Assembly (NCBI GenBank): GCA_029242745.1
Contig: JAQWTI010000034.1
Span: forward strand, 24-64,023
Reading direction: 5' to 3'
Length of the DNA: 64,000 bases
From: Acidimicrobiales bacterium
Lineage (GTDB): Bacteria; Actinomycetota; Acidimicrobiia; Acidimicrobiales; MedAcidi-G1
Below, piece by piece: positions 1 to 8,626 of this stretch. The translations under genes and the position numbers were made by a program. Below the pieces are notes generated by a model. The model made no database searches. It was not told where the DNA came from and was given only the letters and a program-made list of their open reading frames with translations. The number at the start of each line of letters is the position of its first letter. The first letter of the stretch is position 1.

Positions 1-92
1 TTCATTCGCTCTCAGGAGCGTGGGTTCGAAGGCATGCTTCACCATACAGACGGTTGAAGATCGGGGTGAGAGTTCAATGGAAAGTTGGACTG

Positions 93-413
93 CTACCCCA
101 GAGGGGAGAAGTCGGTCGGCCGAAGAATTTCGGTTGAGCTGGCGATCAAGAAAGGCAGGTTCTTTTCGCGAAAGTCCGTATTTCTCGGATCTGAACGCAC
201 TCTCTCATAAGCGGCATCGCGATCGCTGAGATTGGACCACCTCAGCATCCATAAGAGATCAGCAGAACTTCCGTCACCGATTTCGACGGTCCAGGCGCCG
301 ACAAGATCGAACCCACTGTCCTGAAGCACCGGTAGGAGGTCTAGTCCAAACCTGGTCTGAAACTCAGTCGCAGCGGCAAATGTGGTTTTGTAGTGGCGAA
401 GTTCGTAAAGCAC
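93..413 (-). CDS. NIPSNAP-family protein (small alpha/beta barrel)
   Basis: 106-aa ORF. MLYELRHY...LLWMLRWSNLSDRDAAY pattern resembles the NIPSNAP domain. Only 6 nt from ORF 420..920. Family call by eye only. Confidence 0.5.
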   Translation of the reverse strand: MLYELRHYKTTFAAATEFQTRFGLDLLPVLQDSGFDLVGAWTVEIGDGSSADLLWMLRWSNLSDRDAAYERVRSDPRNTDFREKNLPFLIASSTEILRPTDFSPLG

Positions 414-419
414 AAGCAG

Positions 420-920
420 CTACACCGACTCCGAAGTCAACTTCCAGCCTTCACCAATCTCTCCCATATGGCGAATGGTAAGGCCAATCTTGGTGAACTT
501 TCCGCAACCGTCTTTTACCTTCACCCGCATGGAGTAGGTCCCCCAGCCGATAATCGACTTGGATTCCTCTCCAGCGGTCCACAGGAAATATGCATCAATG
601 TGCACGGTGCCGTCACCGAGCCAACGGGGTGTCATATTCGTGACGAAATGTGACTTACGCGACGGGTCGGCGGCAAACGCCGACTGAAAGAAGTCGACAA
701 CGCTGTCGTAGCCCTCGACAGTCATTTCGCCCGCAGACAGGGCGACCGTGCGGTCGAGTTGTGAAGAGATTGCTGTTAGGTCTTGGGCGTCGACCGCAGC
801 CGCATAGTTGGCTAGGAGAATCCGGGCCGCCTCGGCCCCCTCTAGCGCTGCAAGTCGCTCTTCAATTCCATGATTTGCTTGATTTGTCCGACTACCGCCG
901 GTTTGCCGAAGGATGGCCAT
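420..920 (-). CDS. SnoaL-like / NTF2-superfamily protein
   Basis: 166-aa ORF. ANYAAAVDAQD...HFVTN...IDAYFLW layout is typical of SnoaL_4-like cone-fold proteins. Same strand and tightly spaced with its neighbours. Confidence 0.45.
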   Translation of the reverse strand: MAILRQTGGSRTNQANHGIEERLAALEGAEAARILLANYAAAVDAQDLTAISSQLDRTVALSAGEMTVEGYDSVVDFFQSAFAADPSRKSHFVTNMTPRWLGDGTVHIDAYFLWTAGEESKSIIGWGTYSMRVKVKDGCGKFTKIGLTIRHMGEIGEGWKLTSESV

Positions 921-945
921 TTAGTAACCGACCCCACTTGTCGAG

Positions 946-1785
946 TTAGCGCACAACGTAGCCACCGTCCATCGGAAGGGTGTGGCCGGTGATCCAGCGA
1001 GCATCATCGGACGCTAGGAAGGCGACGACAGCTGCCACGTCTTCAGCGACTGGCCAGCCGGGGATCGGATTCCAATTTTCGCGCTCAGCCCTGAATCCTT
1101 CGGGATCTTCAGAAGTTTCGATGAATGCCTCTACCATCGGGGTGAGTACAGCGGTTGGCGCGATCGCGTTGACCCGAATACCTTGCTTTGCATACTCAAC
1201 TGCCGCTGACCGAGTTATGCCGGTCACACCGGCTTTGGAATACGAGTAGGCCGAGATGTTCAACTGAGCGGTGAGAGCGGCAGTGGACGACGTATTGATG
1301 ATGCTTCCCCCTCCGGACTTCAACATTGCGGTAATCCCGTGCTTGAGCACATAGAAAACTCCGTCGCCGTTCAGAGCGTTGACGGCTCGCCAGTTTTCCT
1401 CGGTGTACTCGTGCAGTGCCTGTTGTTCTCCGGCAATGCCGGCATTGTTGAAAATTATGTCGATCTTCCCAAAGTGCTGCACTGTGGTAGCAATGGCACG
1501 CTCGACTGCTGTGCCATCTGTGACGTCTACTTGAAGACTCAAGGCACCGGGTATAGCCGCAGCGACGCGATCCGCTTCGTCACTGTTGATGTCGACGATG
1601 GCAACATTGGCCCCTTCTTCTGAAAGACGTAGTGCCGTAGCTTCACCAAGACCAGCACCGCCACCGGTAATGAAGGCAACACGGTCTTCGAGCCGGTAGC
1701 ACGCCGCTTGTCGACGCCGAGAATCTCCTGTGCTGCGCATCAGGATCGATGGGTTTATCTGACCAGGTCGATCAGCGCCTGCCAT
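946..1785 (-). CDS. short-chain dehydrogenase/reductase (SDR)
   Basis: TGGGAGLG cofactor motif, NNAG, catalytic YSYSK. The true start may be the internal ATG at 1740. Confidence 0.85.
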   Translation of the reverse strand: MAGADRPGQINPSILMRSTGDSRRRQAACYRLEDRVAFITGGGAGLGEATALRLSEEGANVAIVDINSDEADRVAAAIPGALSLQVDVTDGTAVERAIATTVQHFGKIDIIFNNAGIAGEQQALHEYTEENWRAVNALNGDGVFYVLKHGITAMLKSGGGSIINTSSTAALTAQLNISAYSYSKAGVTGITRSAAVEYAKQGIRVNAIAPTAVLTPMVEAFIETSEDPEGFRAERENWNPIPGWPVAEDVAAVVAFLASDDARWITGHTLPMDGGYVVR

Positions 1786-2001
1786 ATTCTTTACTCCTTC
1801 GATCAGGACTCCGTGGTCAAGAAGCCAGCGCTGTTTGGACTACTAACTGCCGACTATTTGTTGGTTGTATGTCTGATTCTGTCTATCAAGTCACCCTCTG
1901 TGATACAGAATCGCATGTTTGACAAGAAAACAATGTTATAGCATAATCCGGCAAGGCTTGGCCTTTAATTTCTTGCAATCCATCGAGGGGGTAGTACGAC
2001 A

Positions 2002-3657
2002 GTGTTGCGTGCATCGAGAGGCTTCATCCGGATTTTGTTTGTTGCACTACTGGCGGTAGTGGCTGCTAGTTGTGGCAGTGACACTTCTAGTACGAGTAGC
2101 AGTTCGTCGGCTTCTGCTTCGACGGCTGCTCCGGCTACCACGGCTGCGGCTGCTCCGGCTACCACCGCTGCGGCTGCAAGTGATGCTCCTGCAGCTGAGG
2201 CTGAGGCTGAGGCTGCTCCAGCGGTCGAGTATGAGGCACCACCCGAAGACAGCAGTATCGGCTACGCCTGGTCGATTCCGTTGCGGAGCCTTGATCCACA
2301 TGCGACTCCATCAAACTTCGACCCGATCTATATCGGGTTGGCTTATGACACATTGATTGTCCGCGAGTTCGATGGGACGTTCTCACCGATGCTCGCCACG
2401 TCGTGGGAGTTCGTTGAACCAGACGTTCTGGAACTGAAGTTGCGCGAGGGGGTTACGTTCCACGGAGGCCGTGCCTTTGACGCAGAAGCCGTGGTTCTGA
2501 ACTTCGAGCGTGTCACCACAGGGGAGACCTCTACTCGAGGTGGTCCACTGGCCGCTGCCATAGCGTCGGTTGAAGCCGTCGATTCCCTGACGGTCCGAAT
2601 GACGTTGGGTGACGGGCCCGGTGTGATCTTTGGTGCCCTGTCGAGCATGGGTGGCATGATGATTAACCCCGATGCGTTCGATACGGATCTTTCCGTTACC
2701 GCTGACGGCACCGGTCCCTACCGGGTGACTCAGGTTCTAGCCGCCGAGTCGGTCACATTTAAGCGATTCGAGAATACCTGGGCGCCTGAAGACGCACGGG
2801 TCTCGAACCTGAAGATTGTGACCAACAAGGACAGCGCTCAGCGCGTGAACCTTCTTCTCACTGGCGATGTGGATGCCACCAATATTGACACCCACCAGAT
2901 TGAAATGCTGGAGGAGAAGGGATACACCACTCACTTCCGGGTCGGTGACGACGCATTCGTCATGCAACTCAATTGGGAGCGGCTCCCGGATGTCGCGGCT
3001 CGTCAGGCGATTGAGAGTTCGATAGATCGAGCCTTGATCCTTGAGGGGATCCACAAGGGTGTCAGTGAGGCCGGCGGGCAGGTCCAGACCATGGGTGATC
3101 CGGCGTACAACTCCGGTGTCAGTCCTGATCCCGATATCGCGAGGGCAATCCAACTTGCTGCGGATTCGGGTCTTGAGGGGTCGACTCTGAAGTTAATGAC
3201 TGCTGGTGTGCCGAACCTTGAGGCGTATGCCCAGGCGATTCAGCCAATGCTTGAGCAGTTGGGTGTGACGGTAGAGATCACGTTGGTGGAGTGGGGACAG
3301 TTGAACCCTGAGTGGGCCACTGGCAACTACGACCTCTCTCTCATCTACTTCACAGGCAACTCCGACCTTGCGCTCTCCTATGACGCTCTGCTCGGTGCTG
3401 ACTCGGCACTGAACCCTGCTGGCACGGCCCCGGGCGGAATCGATGCCCTAATTGCCGCGACCTTCTCGGAGACAGACCCCGAAGTGCGCACCCAGCAGTT
3501 CAGTGACTTGGCTGCGGCTGTCGACGAAGAGGCCGTTGTAGGGGTGTTGGTGCATCCCGTTCAGCCGATCGTCACGGCACCAGGCATCGAGATCAACGCT
3601 GACCGGCTACGCCTGTTCGGTGGATTCAACCTGCGAGGTATCCACCGAGTCGGCTAG
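2002..3657 (+). CDS. ABC transporter substrate-binding lipoprotein, family 5 (peptide/opine/nickel type)
   Basis: GTG start with GAGGGGG about 10 nt upstream. Signal peptide plus lipobox (LLAVVAASCGS), Ser/Thr/Ala-rich linker, then a family-5 SBP body (SLDPH..., ATSWEFVEPDVLELKLREGVTFHGG). Confidence 0.85.
   Translation: MLRASRGFIRILFVALLAVVAASCGSDTSSTSSSSSASASTAAPATTAAAAPATTAAAASDAPAAEAEAEAAPAVEYEAPPEDSSIGYAWSIPLRSLDPHATPSNFDPIYIGLAYDTLIVREFDGTFSPMLATSWEFVEPDVLELKLREGVTFHGGRAFDAEAVVLNFERVTTGETSTRGGPLAAAIASVEAVDSLTVRMTLGDGPGVIFGALSSMGGMMINPDAFDTDLSVTADGTGPYRVTQVLAAESVTFKRFENTWAPEDARVSNLKIVTNKDSAQRVNLLLTGDVDATNIDTHQIEMLEEKGYTTHFRVGDDAFVMQLNWERLPDVAARQAIESSIDRALILEGIHKGVSEAGGQVQTMGDPAYNSGVSPDPDIARAIQLAADSGLEGSTLKLMTAGVPNLEAYAQAIQPMLEQLGVTVEITLVEWGQLNPEWATGNYDLSLIYFTGNSDLALSYDALLGADSALNPAGTAPGGIDALIAATFSETDPEVRTQQFSDLAAAVDEEAVVGVLVHPVQPIVTAPGIEINADRLRLFGGFNLRGIHRVG
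2124..2171. repeat. 2 x 24-bp direct repeat (1 mismatch) in the low-complexity linker of the SBP, followed by (GCTGAG)x3 at 2194..2211
   Basis: ggctgctccggctaccacggctgc / ggctgctccggctaccaccgctgc read directly. Encodes AAPATTAA twice, in frame. Confidence 0.8.
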
Positions 3658-3721
3658 AAGGGTGTCGTCGAGTGTTTACTAGGCTCGACCGGGTGAGAAA
3701 TCGAAAAGGAGAGATACGTAG

Positions 3722-4021
3722 ATGACTGAAGATAAATATGCAGACTTTCCGACGCTTCTCGTACTTGAGGTGACAGGAATGTTGGATGCGGCCGTAGTGG
3801 TCGACGCCATATTTAAAGCGGCTGATATCTCATTGATAGAATCCCTACGAACAGGGGGAGGCCGAATTGCGATCTGGGCAGGCGGTGAGCTCAGCGCTAT
3901 AAACACGGCAACAGATGCGGCGTACCTCGCGTTGGCCGATTCGAGAGAGGCCCGATCGTGCATCTTCACCCTTCCCAGCGACGTGGTTCGTGAGTTCATG
4001 TCGATGTCGGTGAGCGCGTGA
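3722..4021 (+). CDS. bacterial microcompartment shell protein, BMC-H (single Pfam00936-type domain), copy 1
   Basis: AAAGGAGAG RBS about 10 nt upstream. LLVLEV...VDAIFKAADISL...RTGGGRIAIWAGGELSAINTATDAA matches the canonical BMC-domain order (edge Lys helix, G-G-G pore loop, GDVxAV-like helix). Confidence 0.8.
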   Translation: MTEDKYADFPTLLVLEVTGMLDAAVVVDAIFKAADISLIESLRTGGGRIAIWAGGELSAINTATDAAYLALADSREARSCIFTLPSDVVREFMSMSVSA

Positions 4022-4064
4022 CTAACGTGAAGAGGTACGGAATGACTCAGGAGAGGCGGATGTC

Positions 4065-4376
4065 GTGGCAAGTCAAGTGAGAGCTATCGGAGTTATCGAG
4101 GGTCGTTTGCTCCTTCCGTTGATTAACATTTCTAACGCAATGCGGAAAGTGGCCGATGTGTCCCTTCACCACCTCCAACCAATCGGGGGTGGGATCACTT
4201 TGGCGGTAATCAGCGGAGAGGTTGGCGCTGTGCGAGTTGCGCTTGAGACCGCTGACGCAGCGGCGGTGGAGTATGAAGATTCGACTCGAACCCAAGTCTT
4301 CGCCCATCCTGGTCCGGAGGTGTGGGAGTTGTTCGAGAACCTCGGCGTAAATGTTGATCTCACTCAGAGTCTGTAA
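4065..4376 (+). CDS. bacterial microcompartment shell protein, BMC-H, copy 2
   Basis: GTG start with AGGAG 11 nt upstream. AIGVIEG...SNAMRKVADVSL...PIGGGITLAVISGEVGAVRVALETA. Confidence 0.8.
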   Translation: MASQVRAIGVIEGRLLLPLINISNAMRKVADVSLHHLQPIGGGITLAVISGEVGAVRVALETADAAAVEYEDSTRTQVFAHPGPEVWELFENLGVNVDLTQSL

Positions 4377-4418
4377 TGAATGTCTATTCAATGACGAAAA
4401 ATGCGAGGACGGAAATCG

Positions 4419-4754
4419 ATGTTTGGTAACTCAGTCGCAGTCGGAATTATCGAGATAGACGGCTACGTGGCGATGGCTGCTGCGGTGGAAGCGATGTTCA
4501 AGGCGTCTGACGCCGAGTTCGTCGGATCGCAGCGATCAGGCGGTATCACTTTCTGTGGGGTAGTGCGGGGCGAAATCTCGGCCGTCGAGTATGCGCTCGA
4601 GGCAGGTGTCGAGGCTGCGCGTCAGGCTGATGCCAACGTGAAGACGTCGCTTCTTGTACGACCTGATGGTGACGTCGGAAGTCTTCTCAGCCGTCCTGGA
4701 GCGATGCGGAGAGTTTTCGCTGAAAGTGCCAACGAGACGGATGCCGGAGAGTAG
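4419..4754 (+). CDS. bacterial microcompartment shell protein, BMC-H, copy 3
   Basis: ORF opens at 4401, but the ATG at 4419 has GAGGA 10 nt upstream. AVGIIEIDG...VEAMFKASDAEFVG...RSGGITFCGVVRGEISAVEYALEAG. About 25-aa C-terminal tail. Confidence 0.8.
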   Translation: MFGNSVAVGIIEIDGYVAMAAAVEAMFKASDAEFVGSQRSGGITFCGVVRGEISAVEYALEAGVEAARQADANVKTSLLVRPDGDVGSLLSRPGAMRRVFAESANETDAGE

Positions 4755-4759
4755 TTGGT

Positions 4760-5044
4760 ATGAGGCTCGCACTTGTCAAAGGTATTGCTTGGCCCTCTCG
4801 GAAGATCGACGGAATCGAGGGCACGCGTATCGTGTTGGTTTCTCCGGCTGGTTCAACTGACGAGGGCGAAACTCTGGCAGCTGCAGATCCGTTGCAGGCG
4901 AGCGTGGGTGACTACGTGTTGATCACCGAGGGTCAGGCGGCTGGGGCGGCTCTGCAGCCGGGGAATCCGCGCGCCTACCCACTCGACGCAGCAATCGTGG
5001 CGATCATTCAACCGGACGAGGTCAGGCCTCGTCTATTGGACTGA
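4760..5044 (+). CDS. bacterial microcompartment vertex protein, BMC-P (EutN/CcmL, Pfam03319-type)
   Basis: GGAG 10 nt upstream and 5 nt after the BMC-H3 stop. MRLALVKG...GTRIVLVSP...VGDYVLITEGQAAG...PLDAAIVAII follows the EutN/CcmL consensus layout. Confidence 0.8.
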   Translation: MRLALVKGIAWPSRKIDGIEGTRIVLVSPAGSTDEGETLAAADPLQASVGDYVLITEGQAAGAALQPGNPRAYPLDAAIVAIIQPDEVRPRLLD

Positions 5045-5730
5045 TGGCACAGGTAAGAGTTGCAAGGGGGGGATCACCGGAGCGTCGACCTCATCTTGGC
5101 AGTGCAGTTTCGGCAGCAAACGCTGACGGCGTGCGGCGTGCACTTGTTGCAGGTGGCATGCGGATGCAGTGGAGTAAGACGGGCGGGAGCGATCTAGCGT
5201 CACATCAGCTCTTCGGTCCGGTTCGAGTGCTTAAGCATGCCGTTCATGACTTAGACGCTTGGCTGGAGCAATTCGTTGCTCTCGGTATTGGTCCTTGGTG
5301 GGTTACTCGGGGGCAAGCCCCAGAATCGTTTATCCACCGTGGCAAGCAGAGTGACACCAAGTTCGACTGGGGGCTGACATGGTCAGGTGATGTCATGTAT
5401 GAGCTGATTCAGCCTCTCGACGACCTACCGTCTCCTTACCGTGAGTTTTTGGACGCAGGTCGAGAAGGTCTTCAGCATGGAGCCTTCTATCCGCCCAATT
5501 TTGAAGCCGCAATCGAAGACCTACGTCGATCTGGAAAGACGCCGATCCTCGAAGGCCACTCGGGTGACGCCAAGTTTATGTACTTCGAAGGTCTCGGCTC
5601 GCCTCCCGAACCGATCGAACTTCAGTATCTACCCGAGGACGTGATAGCTAAACACCGTGCCCTGAAAGCGGTCTGCAATAATTGGGACGGCAGCGATCCT
5701 TTCCGTGGCCCACCGCGGAAATGGTGGTGA
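5044..5730 (+). CDS. VOC-family (glyoxalase/bleomycin-resistance/dioxygenase fold) metalloenzyme with N-terminal extension
   Basis: ATG overlaps the BMC-P stop (TGATG at 5042..5046). VOC metal-ligand pattern: VLKHAVHDLD, MYELIQP, GLQHGAFY, PIELQY. About 55 aa precede the VOC core. Confidence 0.7.
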   Translation: MAQVRVARGGSPERRPHLGSAVSAANADGVRRALVAGGMRMQWSKTGGSDLASHQLFGPVRVLKHAVHDLDAWLEQFVALGIGPWWVTRGQAPESFIHRGKQSDTKFDWGLTWSGDVMYELIQPLDDLPSPYREFLDAGREGLQHGAFYPPNFEAAIEDLRRSGKTPILEGHSGDAKFMYFEGLGSPPEPIELQYLPEDVIAKHRALKAVCNNWDGSDPFRGPPRKWW

Positions 5731-6703
5731 TCTCCGAGCAGGGGGTTTTGTCGTTAGTTTGATCCGGGTTGCCTTTGCGCGGCTCCTGGCCGCGATTCCG
5801 ATGATGATTCTCGTATCGCTGATCATCTTCTCTATACCGTATTTCATCCCCGGCGACCCTGCGTTCACGATCGCTGGCCCAAATGCCACGATGGACGACA
5901 TCGCTCGAATTCGATCTGATCTGGGTTTGGACCGCCCCATACCGGGCCAGTACATCGCATGGCTGGGCAATGCAGTCACCCTTGACTTCGGCGACTCCTA
6001 CCTGGTCGGACGAGACGTCCGTACCATGATTGGTGAACGGATGGAGGTGATGCTGTCACTTGCGCTCCTCAGCACCCTGTTTGCCGGCCTGATTGGCATC
6101 CCGCTCGGCATCATTGCTGCATCGAGAATCGGCGGCGTGCGGGATCGTCTCGCAGTCGGATCGGCGTCTATGGGAGTCGCTATACCAAATTATTGGCTTG
6201 CGGCGATCCTTGTGACATACCTCGCGGTCGAGTGGGGTTGGTTTCCTGCGGCAGGCTATGTGCGCATAGGCGATGACCCAGGCCAATGGCTTTGGCATTT
6301 GATTTTGCCGACAATCGCACTCGGGGCGATCTCCGCTGCTGAGGTCACCCGGCAGACGCGCGGCATGATGGCACAAACCATGAACCTCGATTACATCCGC
6401 ACGGCGCGGATGAAGGGGTTGCCGCCTCGAATAGTAATCGGCAAGCACGCGCTTAAGAACGCAGCGATACCTGTCATCACAGCCCTCGGCCTGCAACTGA
6501 CCATTGTTCTTGGAGGGTCGGTAATTGTTGAACAGATTTTTGGGATGCCTGGCCTTGGAGAATTGGCGATCACTGCAGTTCTGGGTCGTGACATCCCAGT
6601 AATTCAGGGAATCGTTCTGCTGACTACTGTGGTGGCGGTCAGCACCAACCTTCTTGTAGACATCGTTACGTCGCACTTGGATCCACGAGTGGTCATCTCA
6701 TGA
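5705..6703 (+). CDS. ABC transporter permease (DppB/OppB-like)
   Basis: N-terminal LIRVAFARLLAAIPMMILVS and a multi-TM body with the EAA-like loop (DYIRTARMKGL). The likely real start is the TTG at 5759, where homologs begin; the ORF opens at GTG 5705. Confidence 0.85.
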   Translation: MAHRGNGGDLRAGGFVVSLIRVAFARLLAAIPMMILVSLIIFSIPYFIPGDPAFTIAGPNATMDDIARIRSDLGLDRPIPGQYIAWLGNAVTLDFGDSYLVGRDVRTMIGERMEVMLSLALLSTLFAGLIGIPLGIIAASRIGGVRDRLAVGSASMGVAIPNYWLAAILVTYLAVEWGWFPAAGYVRIGDDPGQWLWHLILPTIALGAISAAEVTRQTRGMMAQTMNLDYIRTARMKGLPPRIVIGKHALKNAAIPVITALGLQLTIVLGGSVIVEQIFGMPGLGELAITAVLGRDIPVIQGIVLLTTVVAVSTNLLVDIVTSHLDPRVVIS

Positions 6704-7623
6704 CGGTGGTTCCTTCAGAGGGTGCAGCCGGGTCAACTACCGGAGAGGCGACATTCCTAAGGAAACGATATGAGTCTCCTTCGAGACGATTTGCTCGGCG
6801 CTTACTCTCTCAAAAGGTCGCGACAGCATCAGGGGTGATTCTGATTCTCGTTGTCCTGTCTGCGATATTTGCCCCACTTCTTGCCCCGCTTGATCCCAAC
6901 AAGACCGATCTCCGAAACACCCTTTTGCCCCCCGGCTCTGCTGATTTCCTACTAGGCACCGACTATCTCGGGAGAGACGTTCTCAGCCGACTGTTGTTTG
7001 CTGGGCGAGTGTCGTTAGTCGCAGCGGTCCAGGCAGTCAGTGTTGGCCTGATTCTCGGGGTCGCCCCCGCCTTGGTTGCCGGGTATGTCGGGCGGTGGTG
7101 GGACTGGCTACTTATGAGATTTACGGACGCGCTGTTGGCCTTCCCTCCACTGATCCTCGCTATTACGGTTATAGGGATACTCGGTACCGGTCTGACCAAC
7201 GCGATGATTGGAGTCGGGATCATCTTTGCTCCAAGATTTGCTCGGATCACCCGGTCCGCCGTGTTAAGCGTCCGAGAAGAGACTTTCGTCGAAGCCGCTA
7301 AAAGTATGGGACTCAGTCAACCCCGAATCATCTGGCGACACGTGCTTCCGCACCTCCTTTCGCCATTGGTCGTGACTGCCACAGTGTTGGCAGGAATGGC
7401 GATGATTATCGAGGCTGGTTTGAGTTTCATCGGTCTCGGAGTCCAAGTCCCCCAAGCGAGCTGGGGATCAATGCTGTCGACGGCATATCGGTTTATCAGG
7501 GTTTCACCAACACTAATTCTTTGGCCAGGTTTGGCCATCATGATCACCGTGCTCAGCGTCAACCTTTTGGGTGATGGCATTCGTGACGCTCTCGGCCGTG
7601 AAGTGCGAGACATGTCCTCATGA
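6700..7623 (+). CDS. ABC transporter permease (DppC/OppC-like)
   Basis: ATGA overlap with the preceding permease. LGTDYLGRDVLSR motif and FVEAAKSMGLS EAA loop. Confidence 0.85.
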   Translation: MTVVPSEGAAGSTTGEATFLRKRYESPSRRFARRLLSQKVATASGVILILVVLSAIFAPLLAPLDPNKTDLRNTLLPPGSADFLLGTDYLGRDVLSRLLFAGRVSLVAAVQAVSVGLILGVAPALVAGYVGRWWDWLLMRFTDALLAFPPLILAITVIGILGTGLTNAMIGVGIIFAPRFARITRSAVLSVREETFVEAAKSMGLSQPRIIWRHVLPHLLSPLVVTATVLAGMAMIIEAGLSFIGLGVQVPQASWGSMLSTAYRFIRVSPTLILWPGLAIMITVLSVNLLGDGIRDALGREVRDMSS

Positions 7624-8624
7624 CCGTCCAGGACTCTGCCACTACAGCGCTCAGGGTCAAAGAGCTGTGCGTAGATGTCGCCACACCGGAGGGCTGGGCT
7701 ACCGTCGTCGAGGACGTGAGCCTCGCTGTTGATGTAGGTGAGATCCACGGTCTAGTGGGGGAGTCGGGAAGCGGAAAGTCGCTTACGGCCATGGCCATCA
7801 TGGGCCTGATCACCCATTCCCAGAGTGCTCGAGTTACCGGGGGTGAGGTGCTGCTTGGTGACGTCGATCTGCTGAAACTGTCCAATCGAGACCTCCGCAG
7901 ACACCAAGGCAAGGACCTTGCCATGGTGTTTCAAGAACCAATGACGAGTCTGAACCCAGCATTCACCGTTGCTGATCAGATCGGAGAGTCCATCCGCTAC
8001 CACCTCGGCGCATCGCGAAAAGAGGCCAGGGAACGCTCGATAGAACTTTTAGAGGAGGTCGGTATCGCCGACGCTCGTCGGCGCTGCAACGACTACCCAC
8101 ATCAGTTCTCTGGCGGAATGCGTCAACGGGTGATGCTGGCCGTGGCCCTCGCCTGTGAACCGAGACTTCTAATCGCTGATGAACCAACGACTGCGCTCGA
8201 TGTCACAGTTCAGGCACAGATGCTCGAACTTATTCGGTCACTAGTAGAACGTCATGGGATGGCGGTAATTTTTATTACCCACGATCTCGGCGTAATAGCG
8301 GAGATATGTGACCGAACGACAGTCTTTTACGCTGGCCAAGTGATCGAGAGCGGTCTCGTAGGAGAGGTCATTAAGGGGCCGCGTCATCCATATACCGAGG
8401 GGTTGTTGCGCTCGGTTCCCGCTGACGACGATCTTCCTTTGTGGTGGATCGACGGATCACCGCCCCTCCCGGGACAAGTGTCATCAGGGTGCAGGTTCAG
8501 CCCACGTTGCGAGTACAGCAAGAATGAGTGCGACACCCACGCTGTTCCGTTACGCCTGAGTGCTGATGGGCGAGCAATTAGATGCGCGCTCGCTGATGAT
8601 CTCTCTCTGAACGGGAGAGACTGA
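7620..8624 (+). CDS. ABC transporter ATP-binding protein (DppD/OppD-like)
   Basis: ATGA overlap. Walker A GESGSGKS, signature FSGGMRQR, Walker B LLIADEPTTALD, C-terminal oligopeptide-type Cys motif (GCRFSPRC). Confidence 0.9.
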   Translation: MTVQDSATTALRVKELCVDVATPEGWATVVEDVSLAVDVGEIHGLVGESGSGKSLTAMAIMGLITHSQSARVTGGEVLLGDVDLLKLSNRDLRRHQGKDLAMVFQEPMTSLNPAFTVADQIGESIRYHLGASRKEARERSIELLEEVGIADARRRCNDYPHQFSGGMRQRVMLAVALACEPRLLIADEPTTALDVTVQAQMLELIRSLVERHGMAVIFITHDLGVIAEICDRTTVFYAGQVIESGLVGEVIKGPRHPYTEGLLRSVPADDDLPLWWIDGSPPLPGQVSSGCRFSPRCEYSKNECDTHAVPLRLSADGRAIRCALADDLSLNGRD

Positions 8625-8626
8625 CG

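Noticed and set aside
1-92. GGGTTCGAAGG at about 21..31 resembles a tRNA T-loop. A possible minus-strand ATG at 45 runs off the left edge.
   Set aside because: The flanking bases do not form a T-stem or acceptor stem, so this is not a tRNA. The 15-codon edge ORF has no RBS or homology support.
3722-5730. Assigning the shell locus to a known type (carboxysome, Pdu, Eut, GRM, RMM).
   Set aside because: No RuBisCO/carbonic anhydrase, aldehyde dehydrogenase, PTAC, diol/ethanolamine/glycyl-radical lyase, or aminotransferase/kinase signature genes occur in or next to the operon. Type left open.
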